A DNA stretch of 60,794 nucleotides, filler included, from a candidate division TA06 bacterium SM23_40 (lineage in GTDB: Bacteria > LJUI01 > SM1-40): assembly GCA_001303705.1 (NCBI GenBank). It is 6 parts of 6 records of this genome, joined end to end, with 100 filler letters (N's around TTAATTAATTAA, not from the genome) between each part and the next. Parts side by side here need not be neighbours in the genome. Positions count along the whole stretch, not along the records: positions 10,093 to 26,016 come from LJUI01000092.1; 5 more parts are not named here. One strand, 5' to 3'. A program made the position numbers and the translations under genes. Under the pieces are notes generated by a model. The model was not told the origin of the DNA, did no database searches, and saw only the letters and a program-made list of their open reading frames with translations. How positions within the stretch are numbered: the first letter of the stretch is position 1; every line of letters begins with the position of its first letter. Of this stretch, positions 10,535 through 19,847 are shown one piece after another.

Positions 10535-10712
10535 GCGAGGATTGTGCGTGTCGTCCTCAGTTTTTCGACAGGGCTGGCACCCCGTGTTCGCCGGCACCCC
10601 GTGCTGGTACTCAGCAGGTACTCTGCTGACGCTTCCCCCAGCAGGCACGGAGCACCGCGCTGTCGAGCCCTGACGCTCCCCCACGCGAGCCCAACAGCAG
10701 GGAAATCGATGA

Positions 10713-10799
10713 TGGCGGAGGGCGAGGGATTCGAACCCCCAAGGGCCGAAGCCCGGCGGATTTCAAGTCCGCTGCCTTACCAGTTAGGACTAGCCCTCC
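10713..10799 (-). tRNA. tRNA-Ser(TGA)
   Basis: Acceptor GGAGGGC/GCCCTCC-GCCA, anticodon arm GCGGA-CTTGAAA-TCCGC, variable arm GGGC-TTCG-GCCC, GGTTCGAATCC. Confidence 0.93.
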
Positions 10800-10866
10800 G
10801 TGCGGTCGGTCTATCTCTCCGCGAAGAACAAGATACACCATATGAGCGAAGTTGTCGAGGGATTTC

Positions 10867-13071
10867 TCAGCGCAGCAGCACCATACGCTTCGTCTCACTA
10901 TGGTCACGGGCCTCGATCCGGCAGAAGTACACACCGCTCCCCGCACGATGCCCTCGCCCATCACAGCCATCCCAGATCGTTCGATGGTGCCCGGCAGGAA
11001 GCTTCTCATCCACCAGCCGCCGCACCAGGGCGCCCCGCACGTCATAGATGTCAAGCCTCACCTGCGCCGACGCGACGAGTCCGTACTGAACCGTCGTCGC
11101 CGACCTGAACGGATTCGGACGGTTCTGAGCGAGATACCACGAGAGCGGGACCCGCAGCTCCTCATCCCCATCACTCACCCCTACTACGTCGGTCACGGTG
11201 ATATCGGTCTGCTCGGTGTCGGCGAGCGCCGGGTTCCCCATGTCGGTGGCGACGAATGTCACCGTGTACAAACCGGACTGAGCATAGGTGGGCGTCCACC
11301 AGAAGACGCCGGTCAGCGAATTGAGCGCCGCCCCCTCCGGCAGATCGGGAGAGGCAAACCAGATACTGTCGTTATCGGGATCATTCGCCTCCAGGGTGAA
11401 CGTCAGATACTGGTTCTCCGCAATCGTCGTATCCGGTTGATCGACGAGATCAGGCGCCTGGTTCACGTCGGTCACGGTGATATCAGTCTGCTCGGTATCT
11501 GCCAGCGCCGGGCTCCCATGATCCGTGGCGATGAACGTAACGGTATGGAGACCCGCTTGCTGATGGGTCGGCGTCCACTCGAAGAGACCGGTCGCCTCGC
11601 CCAGCACAGCGCCGGACGGCAGATCCGGGGAAGAGAACGAGATGCTGTCCTCGTCAGGATCGGTCGCCACCAACGTGAATGTAAGATACTGGTTCTCCGC
11701 CACCGTCGTATCGGCCTGGTCCACGAGGTCCGGCGCAAGGTTCACGTTGGTCACCGTAATGTCGGTCTGCTCGGTATCTGCGAGCGCCGGTATCCCGAAG
11801 TCGGTGGCGATGAACGTCACCGTATGCAGACCGGATTGAGCGTAGGTCGGCGTCCACTGGAACAGCCCCGTAACCGCATGCAGCGTCGCCCCGCCCGGCA
11901 GATCGGGCGAGGAGAAGACGATGCTGTCACCATCCGGATCGTTCGCCTCCAGGGTGAACGTCAGATACTGGTTCTCCGCCACTGACGTGTCGGGCTGGTC
12001 CAGGAGGTCTGGAATATAGTTCGTGGGATAGTGGTAGCCCATGTCCAGAGGCCAGTAGTCGGGATACCCGTCTGTCCTCGTCGTAGCTCCCCCGGGGACG
12101 GGCGAGTTCGGGTCACCCGCATCCAGACAGGGACTATCTGATCCCTGTCCTGCGGCGACCTGGCTCAGATAGTAGTCGCCCAACGGACCGGTCACGAAGA
12201 GCGGATCCCAATCCATGTTTCCCTCGCCCCAGTACAGCGTGGCCCCCGGAGCGACGTGTACCGCGGCTGAACCGCCTTCCACATCGCAGTAGCTGACGTC
12301 CATCGACCCCGCTCCCAGGGAGATCTGGGGACCCGTAGAGGCACTGTTTCCCCAGAGAATGGTGTTGATGACTGTCTGAGGCGTGTCTGGGTAGCTCCGG
12401 ATCCCGCCGCCATAAGTGACCGCGCTATTCCCCGTGATCGTATTGCCATCGATCCTCGGGGATGAAAACTCACAGTGGATCCCGCCGCCGGCGGCGGCCC
12501 AAGCACTATTGTCGGCGATGAGGTTGCCGACAATGATCCCTACACCTCCGTTCATGTACAAGCCACCTGACTGCGGAGCTGAATTCCCCGTGATCGTGTT
12601 GCGCTCGACCCTCGGGGATGAACCCTCACAGTAGATCCCTCCGCCCTGCTCCTCGGCCGCGCACCATGCGATCGTATTGCCCACGATCCACGGGGAAGAG
12701 CCTTGACACAGGATTCCGCCGCCGCACGACAGACCCCCCCCGTTCTGAATCGTGAATCCTCTCAGCACTGAGGTGGTGTCTTCGCCGCAGTGGAAAAAGA
12801 ACCCGCGCCCTGCTCCTTGGCAGTTGATGGTCGTCAGCTCGGGGGCGTTCTCCGATGTCACAAGAATCGCCTTCCCCAAGAAGTCGATATTCTTGTTCCC
12901 CAAGCCTGTATACGTGCCGTCGGCAACCAGCACTGTGTCCCCACCGACCGCAGCATCGATCCCCGCCTGGATCGTCGGGTATTGGCCCGGCACATGACGA
13001 ATCGTTGCCGAGGCGTTCACCAACAGCCCTAAGACTAGAACCGTCACTGCGAAAGGCGTCAGTTTCTCCAT
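10867..13071 (-). CDS. Secreted protein: signal peptide, parallel beta-helix, three cadherin/He_PIG-like Ig repeats, FlgD-Ig/T9SS-type CTD
   Basis: VPGQYPTIQAGID, GGGI.C..SSP.I..NTI..N repeats, 3 x ~93-aa PDLxDQPDT...TDITV units, QNRPNPF...WDG...SGVYF...KRMVLLR. Confidence 0.85.
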   Translation of the reverse strand: MEKLTPFAVTVLVLGLLVNASATIRHVPGQYPTIQAGIDAAVGGDTVLVADGTYTGLGNKNIDFLGKAILVTSENAPELTTINCQGAGRGFFFHCGEDTTSVLRGFTIQNGGGLSCGGGILCQGSSPWIVGNTIAWCAAEEQGGGIYCEGSSPRVERNTITGNSAPQSGGLYMNGGVGIIVGNLIADNSAWAAAGGGIHCEFSSPRIDGNTITGNSAVTYGGGIRSYPDTPQTVINTILWGNSASTGPQISLGAGSMDVSYCDVEGGSAAVHVAPGATLYWGEGNMDWDPLFVTGPLGDYYLSQVAAGQGSDSPCLDAGDPNSPVPGGATTRTDGYPDYWPLDMGYHYPTNYIPDLLDQPDTSVAENQYLTFTLEANDPDGDSIVFSSPDLPGGATLHAVTGLFQWTPTYAQSGLHTVTFIATDFGIPALADTEQTDITVTNVNLAPDLVDQADTTVAENQYLTFTLVATDPDEDSISFSSPDLPSGAVLGEATGLFEWTPTHQQAGLHTVTFIATDHGSPALADTEQTDITVTDVNQAPDLVDQPDTTIAENQYLTFTLEANDPDNDSIWFASPDLPEGAALNSLTGVFWWTPTYAQSGLYTVTFVATDMGNPALADTEQTDITVTDVVGVSDGDEELRVPLSWYLAQNRPNPFRSATTVQYGLVASAQVRLDIYDVRGALVRRLVDEKLPAGHHRTIWDGCDGRGHRAGSGVYFCRIEARDHSETKRMVLLR
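11185..12012 (-). repeat. Three tandem ~279-bp coding Ig-module repeats (two more copies at ~23765-24322)
   Basis: Recurring DNA such as TCAGATACTGGTTCTCCGC and GTCTGCTCGGT; peptide ENQYLTFTL...WTPT...ALADTEQTDITV. Confidence 0.9.
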
Positions 13072-13655
13072 GGCGTTACCCTCCTCTTGATACGCCCTCA
13101 GTAAGAACGTCTGCGTGCACCAGACCGCCCTCTACTTGCAGGATGCTAACCAACACAAAGACCCGAGCAGCTCCACCGCGCGGGTCCAGAGGTCTGTCAT
13201 CGGGTCTACAGGGCCGGGAGATATGCCACCCAGGCCCGCGCAGCGGGGCACTGCAATCGGCCGCATCATCGACCAGGAGTCTACAGCAAGGATGCGCAGG
13301 ATGTCAACAGGAAGGAGAAGCATGAGCGCCGGGGGGACTACTCCATGGCTTCGCTCGATGTGTTGGGAGGACTCTGTCCGAGACTTGTGCGAACTTGGTG
13401 CATCATTTCTCGTAATCGAACCCTGCTCATCGTGATCATCCCAGAGCGAATTCCCGCCGCCCGGGGCAACCGGCTCGGCGGAAGGCGTTGCGTGACGACC
13501 TACAACGATATCACGCGCCCTTTCGGGGAGGATCCGCTGCCGTGCGAGTCAGAATGGATCTTCCCTGTGCTCACTCCATCCATCCGCGGCGGTTGTTATA
13601 AGCTCAGTCTCAATGTAGACCCCAATCGAATCGCCGGAGGAAAAGGTCACGAAAA

Positions 13656-13682
13656 CGCGGGGGTCCACAGAAGACCCCCGCG
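13656..13682 (-). terminator. Intrinsic terminator after the 13774-16419 gene
   Basis: 10-bp stem CGCGGGGGTC/GACCCCCGCG followed by TTTTC on the minus strand. Confidence 0.65.
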
Positions 13683-13773
13683 CTGTTACGTTGTTGGGCT
13701 TCATCACTGCCCGGGCGAACACCGTTGCCCGGCGGGCACCCGCCGATTGCTCGCCGTCAGACGCGACCCTGCA

Positions 13774-16419
13774 TCACTCCTCGAACAAGTCGATGAACTC
13801 GGCCACCGCAGGCACGATGAACGTATTGTATGCGGTTCCGCCGAGCTCGAACGACGTCCCGATGGTGTGACCACCCGCACCAGTCGCATTTCCTACCCCG
13901 ACATCATCCGGGTTCCCGGAGTTCGTGAAGACGACCTGAGCCGGTAGGATGGGAATCAGTTCGTCGACCCAGCTATTCTCGCCGGTGTACGCTGACGTCA
14001 ACCCGGCGAGCCCCGGCACGAGGGTGTTCGCAACCCCGGAGACGTTGAACAGATCCGCCGTGCCGTCCGCGAGGGCCAGGATCCCGAAGGTCGGCCCGAA
14101 GTTGTGCCCGCCCACCAACGGATCGTAGTACCAGACGTCCCCACCCTCCATATAGACGTCGCCGCCATCAGCGATGTAGGCCTCGATCTGGGCCGCCTCG
14201 GCCGAGCCCACCATGATCATGGCGTTGTTCGGGTACATGCCCAGGCAGACGAAGAGCCCCTCATACAGAGACAGGTTGTAGTTCCCGAGCGGACCGACCA
14301 CGAACTCAGAGCTCCTGCCATTGGCACTGAGGGCGTCCTTGATCGCCTGGCCGCTGATCGGAGTCGGGTCCGGCTCCCAGATCAGGTATTGTGCCCCGAT
14401 GTAGAACTCGAAGGAACCTTCCGCCCAGACCGAGCCCCCGTGCTGGCCGGTCCGAACGCGAAGCTCATATGGTCCACCGGCAGGCGCCGCCTGCGGTATG
14501 TGGACGCTCCGGCGCACCCCGTACAACCCCGAGCCCCCACCCCGGGTGAGTTGCGCTGGCCCGAGCACGGGATTCCCACCGTAGGGATTGCCGTTCGCCA
14601 GGTACGCATCGACCCACACATCAAATGTCAGTGTGGTATCAGTGACGTTCACGATGTCGACCGTGAACCAGAGGTCCTGACCCGGATTCACGTGTGGGGA
14701 GTCGGGCGTCACCTGAATCGAGATCAAGCTCGGCCGCGGATAGTGACGCCCCATGTCGACGGGCGTGGAGTCCTGCACTTCGTCCGTCCTCGTGGTACTT
14801 GTCAGCACACTTGCGGCAGGATCGCCCGCATCGACGCATGGACTCTGTTGGGGCTGGCCGGCAGCGGTATGACTCAGATAGTAGTCACCATGCTGGCCGG
14901 ATACGAACAGGGGATCGGCGTTGATATTGCCCGGCCCCCAGCCCAACCAGCCGCCGGTCTCGACCCAGATCCCCAGCTGGCCGTCCTGTACATCGGAGTA
15001 CCGGACCGTAATCGCACTCGAGGCATCAACGTAGGCCTCCGGCCCCAGCCATCCACTGTTCTCCCACAGAATGGAGTTGACGACCTGTGCAGAAGAGCTG
15101 CCGCGACAGCAGATCCCGCCGCCGTCGCTGATGGCCGCATTCTCTGTGATCGTGCTGCCATCGATGGATGCGATACACCCTACTTCACAGAAGATCCCGC
15201 CGCCATGGTAGGCCACGTTCTCCGCGATCGTGTTGTTCCTGATCTCCGGAGCGCACACATCGTGGAGAGAGATCCCACCTCCCTGATAGTCGGCGGTATC
15301 ACTCACAATCACGTTGCCGACGATGGTCGGGCTCGAGTAGCTCCAGCAATAGATCCCGCCTCCGTAACTCGCCCAGTTACCGGAAATCAGGTTGTTCGAG
15401 ATCGTCGGGGAAGACTCCTCCATGCAATCGATGCCGCCGCCGTAGTTGGCCAGGTTCCGGGAGATGGTGTTGCCGGCGATCGACGCAAAACATGAATCGG
15501 AGCACCAGATGCCGCCCCCGATCCCGGCAGTGTTGCCGGTTATCGTGTTGTCGAGGATATCGGGCGAAGAGCGCTTCTCGCATGCGATCCCGCCGCCCCA
15601 GAACTGAGCGTCGTTGTCCGCGATCGTATTCCCCTCGATCTCCGGATTCTGGACATCCCAGCAGTAGATCCCCGCGCCTGCCGAATCCGCGAGGTTCTCC
15701 GAAATCGTATTATCTCTGATGGTGGCCCAGGACACAAATCCGACGCAGGAGATCCCGCCGCCATAGTCGGCTCTGTTGCCCGCAATTGTGTTACCGACGA
15801 TCGACACACCGGAAGGTGGCATATAGTATGTACCCACCACATGAATCCCGCCCCCACGATTGGTGCTGTCCGGGATGCCTTTTGCCATATTGCCAACGAT
15901 CGTATTCCCCTCGATCGTGGGAGAGCAGAAATCAAGGGTCGCTATGGCGCCGCCGTTGACGGTAGCCGTGTCACCAGTGAGTATGTTGCCGATAATCGTA
16001 GGAGAACTCCCCGTCATCCACGGAGGGGTGCTGTCCGGCGCGACGAGGATTCCGCCGCCCCGATCATGGTACCCGCCCGTGATCGTGAACCCCTTTACCA
16101 CCGCTTCAGACCATTCGCCATTGTGGAACCAGAATCCGCGGTGCCAGGTGGTCGCGCTTCCGCCGCAATCGATGATCGTCACCTCTGGACCGCTCTGCGA
16201 CATCACCACGATCGGCTTCCCGTTGAAGTCGAGGTCCCGGTTTCCCGGACCGGAGTAGGTGCCTGGCGCCACCGATACCGTGTCGTACCACGCCGCGGAG
16301 TCGATCCCCGCCTGGATGGTAGGACACTGGAGGCTCGGGACGTTCCACGTCGTCGCATGGGTGCTCATGCAGAGTCCGATAACCAGGGCAACACAAACGA
16401 GAATCATCAGGGACTTCAT
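13774..16419 (-). CDS. Secreted long beta-helix protein with an Ig-like module and a C-terminal alpha/beta module; no FlgD CTD
   Basis: Signal peptide MKSLMILVCVALVIGLCMSTHA, about 13 GGGI.C...SP.I..N.I..N turns, DPLFV...YYLS...SPCVDAGD linker. Confidence 0.85.
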   Translation of the reverse strand: MKSLMILVCVALVIGLCMSTHATTWNVPSLQCPTIQAGIDSAAWYDTVSVAPGTYSGPGNRDLDFNGKPIVVMSQSGPEVTIIDCGGSATTWHRGFWFHNGEWSEAVVKGFTITGGYHDRGGGILVAPDSTPPWMTGSSPTIIGNILTGDTATVNGGAIATLDFCSPTIEGNTIVGNMAKGIPDSTNRGGGIHVVGTYYMPPSGVSIVGNTIAGNRADYGGGISCVGFVSWATIRDNTISENLADSAGAGIYCWDVQNPEIEGNTIADNDAQFWGGGIACEKRSSPDILDNTITGNTAGIGGGIWCSDSCFASIAGNTISRNLANYGGGIDCMEESSPTISNNLISGNWASYGGGIYCWSYSSPTIVGNVIVSDTADYQGGGISLHDVCAPEIRNNTIAENVAYHGGGIFCEVGCIASIDGSTITENAAISDGGGICCRGSSSAQVVNSILWENSGWLGPEAYVDASSAITVRYSDVQDGQLGIWVETGGWLGWGPGNINADPLFVSGQHGDYYLSHTAAGQPQQSPCVDAGDPAASVLTSTTRTDEVQDSTPVDMGRHYPRPSLISIQVTPDSPHVNPGQDLWFTVDIVNVTDTTLTFDVWVDAYLANGNPYGGNPVLGPAQLTRGGGSGLYGVRRSVHIPQAAPAGGPYELRVRTGQHGGSVWAEGSFEFYIGAQYLIWEPDPTPISGQAIKDALSANGRSSEFVVGPLGNYNLSLYEGLFVCLGMYPNNAMIMVGSAEAAQIEAYIADGGDVYMEGGDVWYYDPLVGGHNFGPTFGILALADGTADLFNVSGVANTLVPGLAGLTSAYTGENSWVDELIPILPAQVVFTNSGNPDDVGVGNATGAGGHTIGTSFELGGTAYNTFIVPAVAEFIDLFEE

Positions 16420-16548
16420 GGTCTCCTCCTTCTGTTCGAGTCGTTCCTGCTATACGTCGAGAGCTGACCCGCTCGTTTCTGGCAGTCAGCACCGCTCCGT
16501 TCGGCCGGGGGAGTCCAGTCAGAGAAATCCCGGACACCAGTATGCTAA

Positions 16549-16564
16549 AGCAAGGTGCATGCCA
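16549..16564 (-). promoter_or_regulatory. sigma54 (-24/-12) promoter candidate
   Basis: TGGCATGCACCTTGCT on the minus strand (GG-N10-GC), ~130 bp upstream of ATG 16419. Confidence 0.65.
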
Positions 16565-16672
16565 TGAACGGCGCAGCCCTCACCAGGCTGAGGTGAGGGC
16601 GTCGATAAGTGCATGCTCTACAGTTGGTTCCCGTGATCATGGAGTTCGCTCGGCGGCGCACAACAAGGAGCA

Positions 16673-16700
16673 CGGCCTGCGGTATCGATACCGCAGGCCG
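16673..16700. repeat. Perfect 28-bp palindrome
   Basis: CGGCCTGCGGTATC|GATACCGCAGGCCG. Confidence 0.9.
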
Positions 16701-16996
16701 GTCGGGTTGCTCTCAGGTATCCTCTTGTTTCAATTGAGGTTGTGTGGATCAGCAGAGACCTGTCGATGCCGCATCGACACCCCAGGAGACGCTCTGTAGA
16801 TTGGCCGATCCACCCGCGCTTCTCGCCTCCTGTGTGCGGTCGGCAAGGACTTTCGATCCGGCCGACGAAATCGGGAGAAGGACATGCCCGTCTCCCGGTC
16901 GACCGGCAGGCAGATTATCAGCGACCGGCCGGCCCCCCGGATGCACGGTGTACCCGGGGCCGCCCGTGGGTGCGGTCCTCTCTCTAACAGGGGGTG

Positions 16997-18355
16997 CTAT
17001 CTCAGCAATACCATACGCTTCGTCTCGGCGTGCTCCCCGGCCTTCATGTGGCAGAGGTAGATCCCGCTCGCCACGTAGTATCCTCGTCCATCGCGCCCAT
17101 CCCATGTGATCTCGTGCGATCCGGCGGGATATGTCCGGTCCACCAGTTCCCGCACGAGCGCGCCCTGGATGTCATAGATCGCCAGGACAATCTTTGTCCG
17201 TCTTCCGAGCGAGTACCCGATCGTTGTGGTCGCGGCGAAAGGATTCGGATAGTTCTGAGTGAGATGGGAAACTTCCCGATGGTCATCGCCTCCTGCGCCT
17301 CCAGCTTCCTCGTAATGGTATCCCATATCTACGGGCCAGACGTCATAGACGTGGTCAGTCCTCGTTGTCCCTTCGCCCACGGCGGAGCCTGCATCGCCTG
17401 CATCGACGCACGGGCTCTCCTCCGCCTGCCCTGCAGCGATCTGGCTGAGATAGTACCCACCGAGCGGCCCCGATACAAAGAGAGGATCGGCGTCGATGTT
17501 GCCTTCACCCTCTTTGCCACCTTCCACATCGGAGTAGGTGACCGTGACCGAGCTCGTGCCATCGTCGAACACCTCCTCTCCGATGTTCGCACTGTTCCCC
17601 CAGAGAATCGAATTGAGAACCGTGGGGAACGAGGACTCAAGAGCGCAGATACCGCCGCCGTATGCCGCGGTATTCCCCACAAGGGTGTTGCCCGTAATCG
17701 CCGGGGACGACTCATTGCAGCGGATGCCGCCCCCGCAGTAGGCAGCCGTATTCTCGGTGATGAGGTTATCCTCAATGGACGCCGGGGACCCGCTGTGGCA
17801 ATAGATGCCGCCCCCACACAAAGAGACGCTGTTCTCTGTGATCGTATTGCCGACGATGACCGCGTGCGAATTCGCCCGGCACATGATCCCGCCGCCGCCC
17901 TCTGCGGTGTTTCCGGTCATAATGTTGTTCAGGATTGTCGGAGAGGAGTCGTGGCACAGGACAGCGCCACCGGTATACGTCCAGCCGCTCATAATCGTGA
18001 ACCCCTGGACCACAGAGGTCGAAACTTCGTTGCTGTGGAAATAGAAACCACGGTGGGGATCCTGGTCGGTTCCCTCGCAGTCTATGATCGTCATCTGAGG
18101 TCCGTGCTCGGACAGAAGGACGATCGCTCTTCCACCGAAATCGATATCCCGGTTCCCGTTGCCGGTGTAGGTTCCGTCTGCAACCAGCACCGTGTCCCCT
18201 CCGACCGCGGCGTCGATGCCTGCCTGGATGGTTGGATATTCGCTCGGCACTCGGAGGACCGTCGCCGACACGCCTGTCCACGCCCCAAGCACAATGGCTG
18301 TGCACACCAACGCCGCCACGGTCTCCATTCTCTCGGCCTTCTTCCTGCACCTCAC
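16997..18355 (-). CDS. Secreted beta-helix protein with FlgD-Ig/T9SS-type CTD (start may be ATG 18328)
   Basis: VPSEYPTIQAGIDAAVGGDTVLVADGTYTG (near-identical to the 13071 gene), GGGI repeats, QNYPNPF...KRMVLLR. Confidence 0.85.
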   Translation of the reverse strand: MRCRKKAERMETVAALVCTAIVLGAWTGVSATVLRVPSEYPTIQAGIDAAVGGDTVLVADGTYTGNGNRDIDFGGRAIVLLSEHGPQMTIIDCEGTDQDPHRGFYFHSNEVSTSVVQGFTIMSGWTYTGGAVLCHDSSPTILNNIMTGNTAEGGGGIMCRANSHAVIVGNTITENSVSLCGGGIYCHSGSPASIEDNLITENTAAYCGGGIRCNESSPAITGNTLVGNTAAYGGGICALESSFPTVLNSILWGNSANIGEEVFDDGTSSVTVTYSDVEGGKEGEGNIDADPLFVSGPLGGYYLSQIAAGQAEESPCVDAGDAGSAVGEGTTRTDHVYDVWPVDMGYHYEEAGGAGGDDHREVSHLTQNYPNPFAATTTIGYSLGRRTKIVLAIYDIQGALVRELVDRTYPAGSHEITWDGRDGRGYYVASGIYLCHMKAGEHAETKRMVLLR

Positions 18356-18368
18356 TCAACCCTCGAGA

Positions 18369-19835
18369 CTATCTCAGCAACACCATCCGCTTCGTCTCGC
18401 TGAAGTCACCGGCCTCGAGACGATAGAAGTAGATCCCGCTAGCCACCTCGCGCCCGCGCGCGTCTAGCCCATCCCATAGGAGCTCATGTACGCCAGCATG
18501 CATCTTCCCGGATGTCAACTCGCGGACGACAGCTCCTCGTGCGTCATAGAGCGTCACCTTGACCGGCTGCGCGCTCGGCAGCGCGAATCGAATTGCTGTC
18601 GTCGCCCGGAACGGATTCGGACGGTTCTGCATAAGTGCAAAGGCGCCGGGATGCGGTTCCTCACGAGGCTCCTCAGTGACCTGCACAAGTCCCTCGGCGT
18701 CCGTCTTGATCAGATAGACGTCGTCTCCACCCGCGCCAAACGATGCGGTGTATCCGGCAACGACATACCCCCCATCGCTCGTTACATCAATGGAGCGGGC
18801 ATAGTCATCATCCGCGCCGCCGTACGTCCGCGTCCAGACCGTGTCTCCCGAAGCGTCCGTCTTGATCAGATAGACGTCGTACCCGCCCGCACCAAACGAA
18901 GCGGTGTATCCGGCAATGACATACCCCCCATCGCCCGTCTCTTCAACCGAATAGCCATATTCATCATCTGAGCCGCCATAGGTCCGTGTCCAAGCGGTAT
19001 CACCAGTTGCGTCGGTCTTGATCACATAGATGTCGTACCCGCCCGAGCCAAACGATTCGCTGAATCCTGCCATCACATACCCACCGTCGCTCGTCTGTCT
19101 GACCCAACGGTCCTCCTCATGATCTTGGCCGCCATAGGTGCGCGTCCAGACCGTGTCTCCTGAGGCGTCAACTTTGAGCAGGTAGACGTCCAACCCGCCC
19201 GCACCGAACGAGGCAGCCCATGCTCCGACGATGTATCCACCGTCGCTCGTCTGGTCAACCGAACGGCCATACTCCTCATCCCCGCCGCCATAGGTGCGCG
19301 TCCAGACCGTCTCCCCCGACGCGCCAGTCTTCACCAGATACACATCCTTGGGTGCGCCACCGTATGGTTGGAACTCACCCACAATGATATACCCACCATC
19401 GCTCGTCTGGTCAACCGAACGGCCATGATCATAATCCGGACCACCGTAGGTGCGCGTCCAGATCGTGTCTCCAGAACTGTCGGTCTTGATCAGATAGACA
19501 TCGTCCCCGCCAGCACCAAACGAACCGGTGTATCCTCCGATGATATATCCATCATCATCCGTCTCCTCAGCCGAATAGCCCCAATCCCAATTTGAACCGC
19601 CATAGGTGCGCGTCCAGACCGTGTCTCCTGAAATGTCCGTCTTGATCAGATAGGCGTCGCTCTGGCCACCAGCGTACGGTTCGGCCCCTCCCGCGATGAT
19701 ATACCCTCCATCGCTCGTCTCCTCTACCGAATACCCCCACTCCCCAAATGCGCTGCCATAGGTGCGTTCGAAGGTGATCTGGGCGTCCGCGGTCAGCGGA
19801 ACAAGCAAAGCCACCACAACCAGCAATGTTCTCAT
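18369..19835 (-). CDS. Secreted beta-propeller repeat protein with FlgD-Ig/T9SS-type CTD
   Basis: Seven ~51-aa blades (SVxxTSDGGYIIAG...DVYLIKTDxxGDTVWTRTYGG), then QNRPNPF...KRMVLLR. Confidence 0.87.
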   Translation of the reverse strand: MRTLLVVVALLVPLTADAQITFERTYGSAFGEWGYSVEETSDGGYIIAGGAEPYAGGQSDAYLIKTDISGDTVWTRTYGGSNWDWGYSAEETDDDGYIIGGYTGSFGAGGDDVYLIKTDSSGDTIWTRTYGGPDYDHGRSVDQTSDGGYIIVGEFQPYGGAPKDVYLVKTGASGETVWTRTYGGGDEEYGRSVDQTSDGGYIVGAWAASFGAGGLDVYLLKVDASGDTVWTRTYGGQDHEEDRWVRQTSDGGYVMAGFSESFGSGGYDIYVIKTDATGDTAWTRTYGGSDDEYGYSVEETGDGGYVIAGYTASFGAGGYDVYLIKTDASGDTVWTRTYGGADDDYARSIDVTSDGGYVVAGYTASFGAGGDDVYLIKTDAEGLVQVTEEPREEPHPGAFALMQNRPNPFRATTAIRFALPSAQPVKVTLYDARGAVVRELTSGKMHAGVHELLWDGLDARGREVASGIYFYRLEAGDFSETKRMVLLR

Positions 19836-19847
19836 GGCTCCCTCCCC

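Noticed and set aside
10713..10799. tRNA with TGA in the anticodon loop as tRNA-Sec or an opal suppressor
   Set aside because: Anticodon TGA reads TCA (Ser); Sec needs TCA. The 7-bp acceptor stem and G73 fit tRNA-Ser.
13440..13560. c-di-GMP-I riboswitch-like words (ACGCAA...GCCGGTTGCC) on the minus strand
   Set aside because: The GGCAAA/GNRA P2 element and the P3 spacing are missing.
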